A DNA stretch of 63,384 nt, counting the filler, from Rhabdomonas costata (lineage: Eukaryota), in assembly GCA_019059605.1 (NCBI GenBank). It is 55 parts of 55 records of this genome, joined end to end, with 100 filler letters (N's around TTAATTAATTAA, not from the genome) between each part and the next. Parts side by side here need not be neighbours in the genome. Positions count along the whole stretch, not along the records: positions 36,947 to 38,000 come from JAHMHO010031161.1; positions 38,101 to 39,154 come from JAHMHO010031162.1; positions 39,255 to 40,308 come from JAHMHO010031163.1; positions 40,409 to 41,459 come from JAHMHO010031164.1; positions 41,560 to 42,613 come from JAHMHO010031165.1; positions 42,714 to 43,767 come from JAHMHO010031166.1; positions 43,868 to 44,921 come from JAHMHO010031167.1; positions 45,022 to 46,075 come from JAHMHO010031168.1; 47 more parts are not named here. One strand, given 5' to 3'. A program made the position numbers and the translations under genes. Of this stretch, positions 37,576 through 50,425 are shown piece after piece (position 1 is the stretch's first letter; each line of letters starts with the position of its first letter). Below the pieces are notes generated by a model. The model had not been told where the DNA came from. It saw only the letters and a program-made list of their open reading frames with translations, and did not search any database.

Positions 37576-38461
37576 TGGCAGCTGAGCATCACCGCGCGGC
37601 TCTGCAGCCGCAGTTCCTGGTACCAGAGAGCAGCCATTGTCGCAAAACAGAGGGAACCGACTCACCTCTGGGAGGGGGGAGGGAACAAACAAAAGAATAG
37701 AGAAGCAATGCCTCACAGTATACTTCAGCAGTGGCACTGTTCCAGACATCGGGCGGTGTCCCACTGCGTGTGCTCATCGCCAACGCGCGCCCCAGGTGAG
37801 AGAGCATTGGCAACGAAAAGGACACTATGCTGGAATTGCGCACGGCTGGACACAACGTGGGCAGAGAAAGGAAGTTCTCAAGGGTGGGGGAAGGGAAGAG
37901 GAAGAGGAAGAGAAAGGCGAACAGGCGACGGGCAATCGCCAACGGGCGGGTGCGCGAGGGAAATGGAATAACACGAATTAAATGTTGCACAAAAAAAAAC
38001 NNNNNNNNNNNNNNNNNNNNNNNNNNNNNNNNNNNNNNNNNNNNTTAATTAATTAANNNNNNNNNNNNNNNNNNNNNNNNNNNNNNNNNNNNNNNNNNNN
38101 GTTGGGGTTGGAGGTGGAAATGGAGGGCGTAGGGTTGGTTTTGGTCAAATTGTGGCAGGAGATGAAATGGAGGTGAGGGTAAGCCCCACGCTGTCCAGGA
38201 CGGAGCGTGTTGTTGTGTAGAGCTAGGTAGAGTGTTACAACTATTGTACGGTAATTGTATCAGTAAGGACGGACTACCGGGTGTAGACGAGGCGCTGGTC
38301 TTAATTCGGACGGATTCATCTTCCTGCGACGAGGCGCCCGCGACGAACATCCAACGGCTTTGCGTGTGTTGCGCACTGCCAAGGAAAACAGCTCGCGTTG
38401 CGGGGTCAACGGATTCTGACGAGGCGTCAGGAGTAAGCCTATCGGAGTCTCAACCGGAGCC

Positions 38462-39150
38462 ATGAAAGGTTCGAAGTCTACTTTCCATGCTTTCGAAAAC
38501 TTTGACTCATGTCATCAAAACGACAGCAGGACCGAGCGCGACTGCTTTCGGTGCAATGCGGGTTGCGTCTGCGCCGGTTGTGATGCGACGTCATCGGTGT
38601 GTGTTTCACCCCTTACGTCTTATGCGTCAACTCAAAAAGATTTCGACCTAACGACAGTCATTGTCCGTTGCGAGACTGCCACCCCGGAGGGAACTTCAAC
38701 TGACGTGCGTTACGCTGTTGTGGAATCCCCGTACAACCGCGACGCAGAGTCACTGTCACGTGAGATGCGGTCAGCAGGTGAGGACAGTAACCCGCCGACG
38801 ACATACCCCCCGACCGACGTGCGATGCGAAGTCGTGGGATCAAAGCCTGGAAGCCATCCGGAGCCACTGTCACGTGCGATGCGATCGGTGCCTCTGCCAC
38901 GTGTGTTGCGGACAGAGAAGCAGCACAGGAAGCCGGCGCTGACGGATCGTGTGTTGCGACCGCCAGTGAATGGTAGTAGTACCAGTATGGTAAGCAGGAG
39001 TGAGAACGGGGAGGTGCACGAGTCACACAAACAGAAGGCAAGCGTGATGGAGCAACGTTTTGAGCAGTTAACGCTGGAAGATCGACCAGGAATGCTGACA
39101 CTACCGTATTATTCTTCCTTTTACCAACCCCCCTTTTCTTTTGCAACCAC
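38462..39150 (+). CDS. Intronless ORF with an internal 38-aa duplication, unknown (possibly from a transposable element)
   Basis: TDVRYAVVES..ESLSREMRS versus TDVRCEVVGS..EPLSRAMRS; 114-nt period. Confidence 0.35.
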
Positions 39151-39891
39151 AACCNNNNNNNNNNNNNNNNNNNNNNNNNNNNNNNNNNNNNNNNNNNNTT
39201 AATTAATTAANNNNNNNNNNNNNNNNNNNNNNNNNNNNNNNNNNNNNNNNNNNNGTGTGTCCTCCATTTTTTTTTTTTGCTGAGTAACATATTTTCCCCG
39301 CCTCCTTCCCATATCCACTCCTCGCCTATTCCGGCTCCTTTTGGGCAGTCCATTCCCTTCCGCAGTGGGAAACCGTCTTTCGGACATGTCCAATGCGCAA
39401 CCTTCGCGGCCCACTGACACAATGGTCGGTGGCTTATCTGTTACGGCCCCCAGCTACCCTTCGCAACGCTCTGCGCTTCCTCCAGCTGCCCATCCTCCAG
39501 GTATCACTGTGTCATGTGTGTGGACTGTCTTTCACAATTATCTGTCTGGCCAAGCCATTTAGAGTGGCGTATTTAGAGTGATTTCGAGTTTGCTGGGTCG
39601 CCTGCTTTCTTCCAAGCCCATTGATGATTCTCGTCTGGAGATCTGAACCCCGGATGGTGTCTTTGCTTAAAAAGGATTTGTACTCGTTCTTCGAACAGCA
39701 GGTTCTGGAGGATTAGATTGGTTTTCCGGGTTCAAGGGTTCGAGGAGATTACAATAAAATGCTTGGTTGGTGCCAGGCATATCAAGATTTCAGGGATTCT
39801 TTCATTTTGCTCTTCAGTGCGAGGCGGGGTCGTGCCGGAAGTCGCAGTGTCGCGAGGCGATTTCCCTGCCGAAGTTGTGCCTCGTGTCCAG

Positions 39892-40101
39892 CTGGTCCAG
39901 GCCAGCCAGCACCGGTCCACACCCACCTCCTCCTCGGGATCAACGCTCACCGGCCCCTTTCGCAGCGCCGTTCTGGCCGCCGTGGACCGCCGGAGGTCCC
40001 TGGGAGGCTACTCGCACCGCTCCTCGCTAGGCTCAGTGGGATGTCACCTCAGTACATGCAGCTCGGGGGAGCAGCTGTTCTGCCCCAGCTTGAGTTCGCA
40101 G
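39892..40101 (+). CDS. Ser-rich exon, unknown protein
   Basis: 210 nt open between a CAG acceptor and a GTGTGT donor. Confidence 0.45.
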
Positions 40102-40701
40102 GTGTGTTTGTATGTGCTGCAACGTCCCACCAGTGGCGTCCTTGTGCGTTATCTTGCTTCTGTTCGAGATTCATTGCCACCAATGCCTGGTAGACTCCTT
40201 CACTGCTGTGCTCCGGCAATGTGTTGGCGTGCTAGCCGCAGTATCAGCCGTCAAAGCCGTTTCACTGCCCTCCGAAGAAAACCTTGTGCTTGTGCTTTCC
40301 CTCTCTTTNNNNNNNNNNNNNNNNNNNNNNNNNNNNNNNNNNNNNNNNNNNNTTAATTAATTAANNNNNNNNNNNNNNNNNNNNNNNNNNNNNNNNNNNN
40401 NNNNNNNNGGGTGGGTTTTCGCATCAAATTTAATGAAACGATTCGTTTGAGGCTGCCGTCGGCGAGCCACTTTTTGAAATCTTAAGAGTCAGTCGCCTGC
40501 CATATAGCGAATATAGCAAGTGCAAACGTTGTTCGTTCCGGTTGTCGACCTGGGACGTTTTTCTTTTTTTTCTGTTGTTTTTCCGGTTAGTGTGTGTTGT
40601 CAAGTGCCTTGTCGCCGCAACCCGGAAAGTTGTCGTAAAGGGTGGAGGTATCGACAAACAAACACACTTGCACACACACACACACGCACGCACGCACAAA
40701 G

Positions 40702-40857
40702 GTGGAGTTGAGGCAGCCCCTGAGCAGCCTGGAGGTCCTCTCCGTGCTGCGACAGGGCTACGACGAGGGCTGGCTGCAGCTCACTGCCCGGGCGGTCACT
40801 CGGCGGCCCCCCTTGCAGCCCTTGAATGTCGATGATACGCTCCTCACCTTTTTGGAG
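40702..40857 (+). CDS. Exon, unknown protein
   Basis: 156 nt, GC3-rich, AG/GT bounded. Confidence 0.55.
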
Positions 40858-41586
40858 GTCCGTTAGGTGGTGATGGTTTTTGTTGTTATGCTGGGTCTTT
40901 GGGAATTCTCCTTGTTACCGTTCCTTGTTTGATTTGTGTAGCACAGTGTGTAACTCAACATGTCGTCACTCGCTACACGCTCGTTCCTCCCTCTTGTATT
41001 CCTACCTCCGGTGGTTGAAGGAGTTAGGAATGCACCCTACCCAAAAACCCTACCACTGATGCTGATGACTGACTGACGCTACGCTTACCCTAATGCATGA
41101 TGTCACTGTTGATGTCAGAAATGTTTCAAGAAAAGGAAAAACTTGTCTGATTAGGTTTGAGCATCTGCCGAAACGCCGCCCAAAAGTTTGCTTATGGCTC
41201 TGGATGGCGTTATGGCACATCCTTTGAAAGGATGATCGTTAATCCGTTCATCTGCTCCCTCCCTTGGGCACAAACCCCTATGACGTAACCTCTCGCAGCC
41301 CTGTTTCGAAAACCTGCTTTCAAATTCCGAGCGGTGTCCGAAGTTCCCCTCCCCCGTCCCGGTGCTCTCTTTTGCGGCCATCTTTTCACAGGACGCCCTG
41401 GGCCCATTCAACTCCAGGTTGTCCCCGCGCTTGCTTCTTTACAGGGGCACCCCAACACCNNNNNNNNNNNNNNNNNNNNNNNNNNNNNNNNNNNNNNNNN
41501 NNNTTAATTAATTAANNNNNNNNNNNNNNNNNNNNNNNNNNNNNNNNNNNNNNNNNNNNTGTACACAGACGTAGGACTACAATGTA

Positions 41587-41915
41587 GTGTGGAGGTTGGA
41601 GCAATTAAAGATGTCGGAGGGGAATTTCCAATTCTACCATCAGCAGTTTGTGACCGGGATGAATCTGTTGAAGGGGACGAAGTTTGACAACGAAACTCTT
41701 TTGCAGTATCTGTTTGTCAGAGGTTTGGAAGGGGACATCCAGGCCAAAGTGATGGCGAAGAATCCACGGACCCTTACAGAGGCAATGGATAAGGCCTGGG
41801 AGTATTTCAGAAAGCCGAGACCCCCTCCACAGGTGATTGTGGCGGTTCCAGAGGGCACTGTTCAGAGAGGAATCGCGGCTGGTGGTGGGGTAATGGATTT
41901 AGATGCCATACGTTA
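41587..41915 (+). mobile_element. Ty3/gypsy-type LTR retrotransposon gag (capsid) fragment
   Basis: RLEQLKM..YHQQF..LFVRGLEGDIQAKVMAKNPRTLTEAM..MDLDAI; intronless and purine-rich. Confidence 0.82.
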
Positions 41916-43910
41916 TTGGTACACCTCAGCGCTCTCCACAGAGAACGGTGAGAAGAGATCCGATGGGAGAAGCAGCGATGGTGGCTGGCTCTGCGGGCAA
42001 AGATGAAGACACGAAGAGGCACGTGCATGGAAGCATGTGGGCCGGTCCGAAAGATCCCAATCTGACCGGACTTGCACCTTCGCCCTCACTCCCACCGACT
42101 CGGAATCCTGAAAGACCGCAAGAAACCGCCTGTCCCGCCCGAGACAACCGTCGCTAGCAGCCTGCACCTTCCGATACTCCTGGAATCACTGCACCATAAT
42201 GGAGCCTACAGAGCGAAAATGGTTGGTCGCCCGACAGGAGAGGCTTATTGGTCTTCTGTAGTTACTGGCTTCCTTTGTATTCCCGTTGCGTCTCCTCACC
42301 CAAAACCGTCAATCCCAGTCACCTTTCGCTCAGGAGTTGTTATGTGCATTTTTGCAACAGTGCCCCCATCAAAAGCACTTTGTTGCGCTCTCCACGCCTG
42401 CACAGCACGCTCAAAACGCTTACCGTGCATCTGCTGACGCTCAGGTGATGCTGATAAGCTTGGTTGATAAGCGGCCCACCACCTCTCCTGATTTTGGTTG
42501 TTTTTTCTTTTAATGCGAGGATGAGAGCGGAGGTGAGAGGGAAGGTGTGAGGTTGTCCTCAGGGAGACTGCGATGCACACCGGCTCGGCCTCCTCTTCGT
42601 ATTAAAACAAAAANNNNNNNNNNNNNNNNNNNNNNNNNNNNNNNNNNNNNNNNNNNNTTAATTAATTAANNNNNNNNNNNNNNNNNNNNNNNNNNNNNNN
42701 NNNNNNNNNNNNNTCTTCGGTGTCGGGGTTCCTGTTCGGAGTTGGGGTTGGGTTTGGGGTTCGGAGTTTGGTTTCGGATTGCCGATGTCCCTCGGGATAT
42801 CACAGGAGGAATATGACACCCAGTGACGATTACGACCGGAGCGCACTCGTGTACGATCAAGCACTGAGTGGTGGTGTAGCAGACAAGCGTGACATTGATG
42901 ACAGCAGGTGCGCCTGGCTGCGATCAAGGGACGTTGCGCATTACTCACACACGAATACAACAGGGACGTTGCTCACGAAGCCAGTAACCCATGGACGCAT
43001 GTGGTGAAGTTGAGCTGAGGCGCACCATCTACGTTGTCTTCAGGTTCGCCTGGAAGCACGTGTTGCGTGGACCCTATGCGTAGGGAGTCACAGTGAGATA
43101 CCTGGCGTAGTTGGGCGTCAGATGAAAGACCTAGTGATGGATGCTAGGCTATGGCATAAACCCACAGACGGTGACAGTGGTAGCATACATTACTCAACCT
43201 CACACGCTAGCGGTGGATCCTGATGGAGGTGAGCTGTCCGGTTAACCACGCGTAGTGGCATTGACTGACAGGCTCCAGTGGTTGGGTGCCCGCATGGTTC
43301 GTGGTGAAGGATACGGCCATGTGTTAGGTGACATCGTGGTGGCAGAACCGCTACGTTGATGCATGAGAGTCACCTTACGCCAACATCCACCACCTGAACC
43401 CAAGATGAAGGTTGAGTTCAGCTCCCTGAGTTAGAAGGGGAGTTAAGGGGTGGAAGGAGTCACGAGAGGCACCTTATGGTGGTGAGGGTCACGACTGACA
43501 CGTGAGCCAAGGGTATCAACGATAAGGATACACTCAGTAAGCGTAACGTCGTCGTGTCATCTCGTACCTCGATGCCACTCCTCCTCTCAACTCAGAAGAG
43601 CGAACTCAGACGTCGCATGCTCCCCACCATAGGGTGGTACGCATGCTCCTCTTCACTTCCTGTTACGTCGTCACTTCGCTACGCTTCGTTCCTCCTCTTT
43701 CTTTCGATCACGTTAACGGGTCACATTCGTCCTTTCGCTACGCTCAAAGTCCTCATGTTCACTGATCNNNNNNNNNNNNNNNNNNNNNNNNNNNNNNNNN
43801 NNNNNNNNNNNTTAATTAATTAANNNNNNNNNNNNNNNNNNNNNNNNNNNNNNNNNNNNNNNNNNNNTGTGTTGGGTGTTTCTTTTTTTATTCGGGCTGG
43901 GGGGTCTCAG

Positions 43911-44667
43911 ATCGTGGAGAAGGTTGTTACCGTCGAGGTCGAGCGCATCGTCGAGGCATGCCCCTGCGTTATTGCCATATGCCACTCTCTGTGTGGATCG
44001 TGACGGAAACCTTACGAGAGAGAAAAGCTGAGGAGGAGGATGGGGGCTGCTGAAGCTCATCCAGAGAGACGTGAGGTAGCCGCTTGTGTTGTTGCCAATC
44101 GGGGTTTCAATCACGGGGCGTTTTTGCCTGCTCGGTGGTGGTTCTAAGCCTCAAAGATTCACAATTAGCCCCCCCCCCAAAGCTGCACCTCCGTGCCAGA
44201 AGTGGCAGGGAGAGGGATTGAGATCAGGTCAGAGGTAGCAACCCGTGCTGCCGTCCACGGAGTCTCTACGAGCCAAAGAGGGGGACTCTCTTTCTCCCCT
44301 TAATTGAGAGATCATCATCATTCAAGGATCCGGCACTAGCGACCTAACCTCCCGCACCAACAACATCGTCGGCCCCGAGAGCCAGACGAGCACAACCATC
44401 CATCAGCATCCCTTGTTGGTGGCATCTCTGGGGCAGGTCCCTGTGGAGAGAGTCGTGACGGTGCCCTCGGTGCGGACCCGGGAGGTCCCCGTGGAGCGCG
44501 TGGTGGAGCGCGTGGTGACGGTGCCGCAGCTGACGGAGCGGGAGGTCCCGGTGACCCAGGTCGTGGAGCGGGTGGTAGAGGTTCCCTCAAGTGCCCCAGA
44601 GGTCCCGCCCACGGAGAGGATGGTAACCCACATGGTGACCCACAGCGTGGAGGTGCCCGTGGAGCGG
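43911..44667 (+). CDS. Articulin/epiplasmin-like VPV-repeat cytoskeletal protein; exons 43911-43955 and 44437-44667
   Basis: IVEKVVTVEVERIVE|VPVERVVTVP..EVPVERVVERVVTVP..; GC-AG intron 43956-44436 in phase 0. Confidence 0.85.
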
Positions 44668-46470
44668 GTATGTGTGGAAAGCGTGCGTCTTCCACTCCCA
44701 AGGGGTTTGCTTCCGTTTTGGAGGCCCGGAAGTCAAGCACTGGCAGCGAGGATAAGAGTTGGAAAAATCTCGACGGAGTTCTGGAATCCAAGAACGGGAC
44801 CACCCACCCACACTTGGCAATTTTGGAGATGCTTTTTGATACGGTGCGGAAGTTTTCAAAAAGCATCTCCAAAATTGCCAAGTGTGGGTGGGTGGTCCCG
44901 TTCTTGGATTCCAAAACAAACNNNNNNNNNNNNNNNNNNNNNNNNNNNNNNNNNNNNNNNNNNNNTTAATTAATTAANNNNNNNNNNNNNNNNNNNNNNN
45001 NNNNNNNNNNNNNNNNNNNNNTTTTTTTCGTTAATTTTTTAAAGCCATTTTTCTGTTACCAATTACCGTTACCACTCCCCCCCCCTTCCTACTTCCAATG
45101 GACCGCGAACATCGCTTTGCAGAAGCAGTGCCCTTACTCTGCTCATGAAGCAAGCTCTGCTGAAGTTCAGTCCCACGTGGACCCAAGTCGGGGACTTGTT
45201 GAGCGACCCCACTTGGCCGACGGCATGGCAGGGTCGCTTGATTCTTTGCAACACCTGGGACGAGGTGGCAACTGTCTTGGAGGTGTGCTTGTTTTCTGGC
45301 GATCGGATCAGTAGCTAAGTAAGGGGACATGGGCAGTTCCGCTTCAGCTGATTGATGATAATGTAAAGCTTTCACGACAGCGACGAGGCAGTATCGTTTC
45401 TCACACTAGGTGACGGCTGTACCCCACCCTACGTACAACTTTCTACGCATAACACATGGTCCCTCGATACAACCCGACCAAACCTTCGCGCGGCGGTTAG
45501 GGAAGGGATGCCAGTTTTCAAATTTTCAGCCTGGAATCGTGCTGTTTGACGTTCCCGTTCCCTGGTGTTTGACTTTTGCGCTTCAGGATCTTGGACATGA
45601 CAGACATTCGAAATTCGAGAATCATATACAGAAGCAGTATAAGTTAAATGCACAATCACAGGCGGATTGCGTCGTGAGAGTCCTGACAACCCAACCTTAA
45701 AACGCAATGGTCGCTTCGCTGCAAAAGAAAAGGGAAAAGGAAATCGAAAAAAAGCGGAGACGAAAACGAAAGAGCAAAATCTTAAGAATTCATCGCAGAA
45801 ACGGAAGCGGAAGGGCCAGCCACTTGCTTTTGGTCCTCTTTGGAAACACAAGCTCTCACGTCTGTGCTTGCAGATGACGCCCTATGCGGTGGCCTTTGTG
45901 CCTCGAGCTACTGCTGCCACGTGCGAACTGCAGATCATTTCCATTCCCAACAAAAGAGGGCATGCGCTTCCTCCTCCTCTTCGAAAACTCACGGAACATA
46001 TGGGAAATATTTCCAGAGCTCGTCTTATTTTGTCACCTTATTTTGTCATCTTATTTTGCGCAACAACACAACACANNNNNNNNNNNNNNNNNNNNNNNNN
46101 NNNNNNNNNNNNNNNNNNNTTAATTAATTAANNNNNNNNNNNNNNNNNNNNNNNNNNNNNNNNNNNNNNNNNNNNACCCTGTTCCATAGTTTCGCCTGTT
46201 GGCGGGTTCGGAACTTTTTCTACCTCACCTATTTGTGTTGCTCCTTTTTCCCGCAATTCTTCTTCGCGACCATACGCCAGTCGACCAGGACGCGGCTGGA
46301 GTGGTGGCTTCCTCCATGATCCCTCTGCTGACTCTGATGATCCTGTCCTTTTGGAAGCATTCCTCCATCACTGTCTGATAACTTGTCACATCAAGGACGC
46401 TCATCCCAAAAGGCCAGTTCCCACACTCTGCATTTTGTTTTGCGACTAGTGTTGGGCTGGCGCCTCACAG

Positions 46471-46778
46471 GTTTGCGGCCGGGACGCCAACGCCGCCATC
46501 CCGACCCGCCGCGCACTGAATGGCACCACGGGCAGCGCCCTCGCCGTGGATTATGTCCCGCAGTCGGTGTACGCGGCCTACACCTTCCTGCCTACGCTGG
46601 GCTACGGGCTGGTCTTCAAGGCGAACTACGACACGCTGCAGGGGGAGTTCCTGAACATGACGGCTGCGGCGGTGAACGTGGTGAACCAGAACGTCACCAA
46701 TGGCACCACGGACGAACTGATGCTGCTGAGCAATGTCACCAGCGGGGATAGCTCGGTGGCGTACATCAGCGACCTCAA
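46471..46778 (+). CDS. Exon encoding a Cache-like extracellular sensor domain
   Basis: RALNGTTGSALAVDYVPQSVYAAYTFLPTLGYGLVFK matches the dCache-type AL.G..G....DY....V.AAY......GLV pattern; several N-glycosylation sequons. Confidence 0.7.
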
Positions 46779-46991
46779 GTATTTGTGTTTAATGCGAGGA
46801 ATATGGTCCTAGGAGGGGTTGTGAAGTTTTTCGCCTGCTTTGTTGGCCCAGCGCGCTGACTGGTGTGAGCACTTCCATTCCATGGGAATGACCTCATCTT
46901 CTGAGTCGCGGCCAAGCTCTATCACAGGAACGACTGGAAACAGTGGCTAGCCCCCCCCCCTCCTTTCCGATGTTAATCGCACCAACACATA

Positions 46992-47069
46992 TATCCTATT
47001 TTGTATATATTTTCTATATACAGAAAATATATAGAAAATAGGATAGAATATGTATATTCTATCCTATTT
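46992..47069. repeat. Overlapping AT-rich palindromes
   Basis: 24-bp arms with one mismatch at 46992-47045, and 16-bp perfect arms at 47036-47069. Confidence 0.85.
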
Positions 47070-47485
47070 GGATATATGGGATATTCTCTATATAGGATTT
47101 ATCTGAAATATATATCCTGTCAAAGCACGTTCATTGTCCTCACGGCAGGTCGCCCTATGGCTTTGTCAATGAGAGATGTGCACTTCGACCTCCAGCAATG
47201 AGTTACACCTAGGACATCTCCCCCACCCCNNNNNNNNNNNNNNNNNNNNNNNNNNNNNNNNNNNNNNNNNNNNTTAATTAATTAANNNNNNNNNNNNNNN
47301 NNNNNNNNNNNNNNNNNNNNNNNNNNNNNGTGGGGTTGGGAAGCGACAACATTTTGTTTTGCACTTGCATTCCACTATGTGTTCCCAGGTTCCGTTACAT
47401 AGGGATTGCGGATGTTTGTGTATCTTCACACGGCGGATCTGCATGGAAGCAAGTCCATCCACCCATGGCTTCATGTAACGTTCAG

Positions 47486-48383
47486 GACCCCACCCCGACT
47501 CAGCTGTCCTTCCTGAAGATTCTGCTAACCTTAAAGCGAGTGCGGCGCTACGTCCCCCACGCCGTGCTGCGGCACCTGAGGAGGGAGAACGATTCCAACG
47601 ACGATGAGGACATCGGTGAAGAGTGTGATGGCGAGGTTTGTTGTGGATCTACTACTTTCCGCTGCTTGCCGGTCTCTCGCTGAGTGTTTTGATGTTGGTA
47701 TTTTGATGAGAAGGTTGGTTTGCAACAGCCCCAACAGTTGGTAAGATTGTACTTCCCAGACTATGCCTAAAAAAGGCCTGCTGCAAATTGCGCATTGGAT
47801 GGAACTTGTGTTCTGCTTATTTCCGCCGGATTCTTTTCCTATGAAGGGAGCAGCTTTATGATCAAAAGAATACCGGGCATGTTGTTATAAACAGAAGATA
47901 AGCTTTTGACTTGTTGTGATTTGTTCCACTTTCCTGATCTGTTTTTGCTTTGCTTTGCTCTCTTCCTGGTTTCTTGCGAATACGTGTACTTCCATTGTGA
48001 ATGAGAAAGCAATGCTTTGAACGGTAAGAGCCCCAATAGTCGCGCATATGTCTTGGTTGCAGCCCAGAGACGCTGGGTCGGTCATGGTTTTTTTTAGTTA
48101 TCCGGTGCCCTCAGATGCCGAGGGTCGCTAGTGAGGCTGCAGCGCAAATCGACTCCTGTGCAAGTGAAGTTTGCCTGGTCCCTGGGAGCTCGGGTTCCCC
48201 CCAGTCACGCGAGGGCGACGCCTGCACCTGCCCGACACTCTCTCCGAAGGCGGGATCCACTCCCACCGAGGGCCTCATCATCTTGGGAAATAGGAGGCTG
48301 GTCACCCCCGCCCTGCACCGTGGCTCTTCTGGAGAAGCTGTGCAGCGCCCAGCACTGTCCTGCGCACCGCCCGAAAAACCCAC
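47486..48383 (+). CDS. Exons (47486-47635, 48115 to contig end) of a possible receptor-type nucleotide cyclase linker region
   Basis: LKRVRRYVPHAVL followed by an acidic, Ser-rich linker, as seen before class III cyclase domains; canonical splice sites. Confidence 0.45.
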
Positions 48384-49826
48384 NNNNNNNNNNNNNNNNN
48401 NNNNNNNNNNNNNNNNNNNNNNNNNNNTTAATTAATTAANNNNNNNNNNNNNNNNNNNNNNNNNNNNNNNNNNNNNNNNNNNNGTGTGTGTGTGTGTGTG
48501 TGTGTGTTTGGGGGGTGGGGAGTGGGCAAGGGTGTGGCAGTAACTGGTGAGGGTTGCATGAGAACGAATTGGGTGCAGGCAGCGTGTAACGTTTCCTGCG
48601 TGCACGGACATGGCCACCGAAATTGAACTTCAGCTCCGAAAAGTGAGACACCGAAGTGGTTGCAAGAGAAGCACAGTCAGGGGTATATAAAAAGCACGGA
48701 AAGAGCACGGATAAAGCACTCGCACAGGAAGGTCGTGGGGCAAAAGCTGGGAATGCTTCAACCACACAATAACCCAACTGTGTGTGGGTGTGGGTGTGGG
48801 TGTGGGTGTGTGCGTGTGCGTGTGTGTGAGTTTCGGTGAGTTTTGGTTTTTGATAATCGACGGTCAACAGAATGCCTAATGGCGTGGCCTGGTCTGGTCT
48901 GTTCTGGTCGTTGTCAAATTTGTTGTACGCGTGTGTGTATGTGAGCGTGCGTGCGGGCAGCCCAATACAAAGAAATGACTACGATCTCCGACTCGCATGC
49001 TATCTACCAGCAAACAAAAAAAGATTGAAGAGGGCAGAACCGGACGGTACCAAAGCAACCCACAACATCTTCCATTTCGAGCTCCCTCCCGGAAAAGGAG
49101 GTCTACATATGTCACAACAATGCTCAAGCCGCCCTGATTCCTGTTGGCAAAGCGCAGCCGAGAGAAGGGCAAGCAAACGGGAGGGAGGGAGGACGAGGAA
49201 ATCCACGCGTGAGGCAGAGGGGACGCCATGACAGACAACGGCACAGAATGCCGCCCGCGGCTTCGCACCTGCTCCTCACTGGTGGACAAAAATCACAAGC
49301 AAAGAATACGGGCAGGTTACGAGCAGACAAGGAAAGGGAACTCTTTTGAAGCAGAAGCCGGCATGCGCCGATGCTAGGAGTGCAGCGGAAAGGCAGCAGC
49401 GAGGGGCAGAGAGGAACGGCGGGCTGCACGAGCACTCACGGCTAAAACCTGTTGCGGGCATGAATGAAGGTTTGTGGTCCGGACCACTGGCATTTCCCCT
49501 ACCTGATCCGTCGGTTTCGCCAAGTTCCAAAAACCCCNNNNNNNNNNNNNNNNNNNNNNNNNNNNNNNNNNNNNNNNNNNNTTAATTAATTAANNNNNNN
49601 NNNNNNNNNNNNNNNNNNNNNNNNNNNNNNNNNNNNNGGTTTGGTGTGCATGCAAATGTCTGAATATTCCCGCGGTGTACTGGTGCCGGACGATGTAGCC
49701 AGGGTTGCTTTCCAACTGTGCCATCCCCCGCATAAATATTCAGACATTTGCATGCATATCATGCCCAGACATTACCAAATTATACTGATAGGTGTTGATT
49801 ATCGCTTCCCATCAGAGCGCTCACAC

Positions 49827-50425
49827 CTCTTTCACAATCTTGGAGTGAGCGGCGTCTCGGAACTTCTTGAATTCCGCCGCCTTGCCATCCTCCACAGAGA
49901 AGCGGAAGGTGAAGACGTACCCCCCGAGCTTGCCGTCTGGCTGGGGTCGCCTCACCAAGGCTTCCGTGTCGGCGGACTCCGTCCAAATCACGCGCCTCCA
50001 GTTGATCCAAAACAGGTCATACCTACAAAGAATACCACGTTTTAGCACGTTTTTGCGATGCTCGACGCCTTTCAAACTTCAGCCGGTCCACCTCGACTTA
50101 AAACTTGCAATGCAGCAAAAATAGTAGTGGTAGTATAAGTAATGGAGGCGGTGGTGAATGTGCTGCTGTATACATAAACATTTGGAAAATATGCGCGATT
50201 GGACTTGAAAAACTACAGATTCACCCCACATCAGCCCACTCAGCCACCCACACACGCACAGGATATGAGTCCTCTCCATGTTGGTCGTCTCGAACTCGCT
50301 CCAGCCATGAATGTCGTCGAACTCGAGATGAGCAAAGCGCATGTTGCTGGTCCGGGGCTGGCCACTGACCAGGGTGTGGAAATAGCGAATGTAGTTCAGG
50401 TTGCGGTCTTCCAAGTATTCACCCA
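49827..50425 (-). CDS. Two exons (50425-50260, 50022-49827) of an unknown protein, possibly a dimeric alpha-beta barrel (EthD/ABM-like)
   Basis: In-frame GT-AG join ..RFAHLEFDDIHGWSEF..THIL|YDLFW..YVFTFRFSVEDGKAAEFKKFRDAAHSKIVKE. Confidence 0.65.

Noticed and set aside
45031-45400. Degenerate USP-type protease Cys box (YCLVAVVKAL); also a CxxC at about 57385
   Set aside because: The similarity is too weak and needs arbitrary frameshifts.
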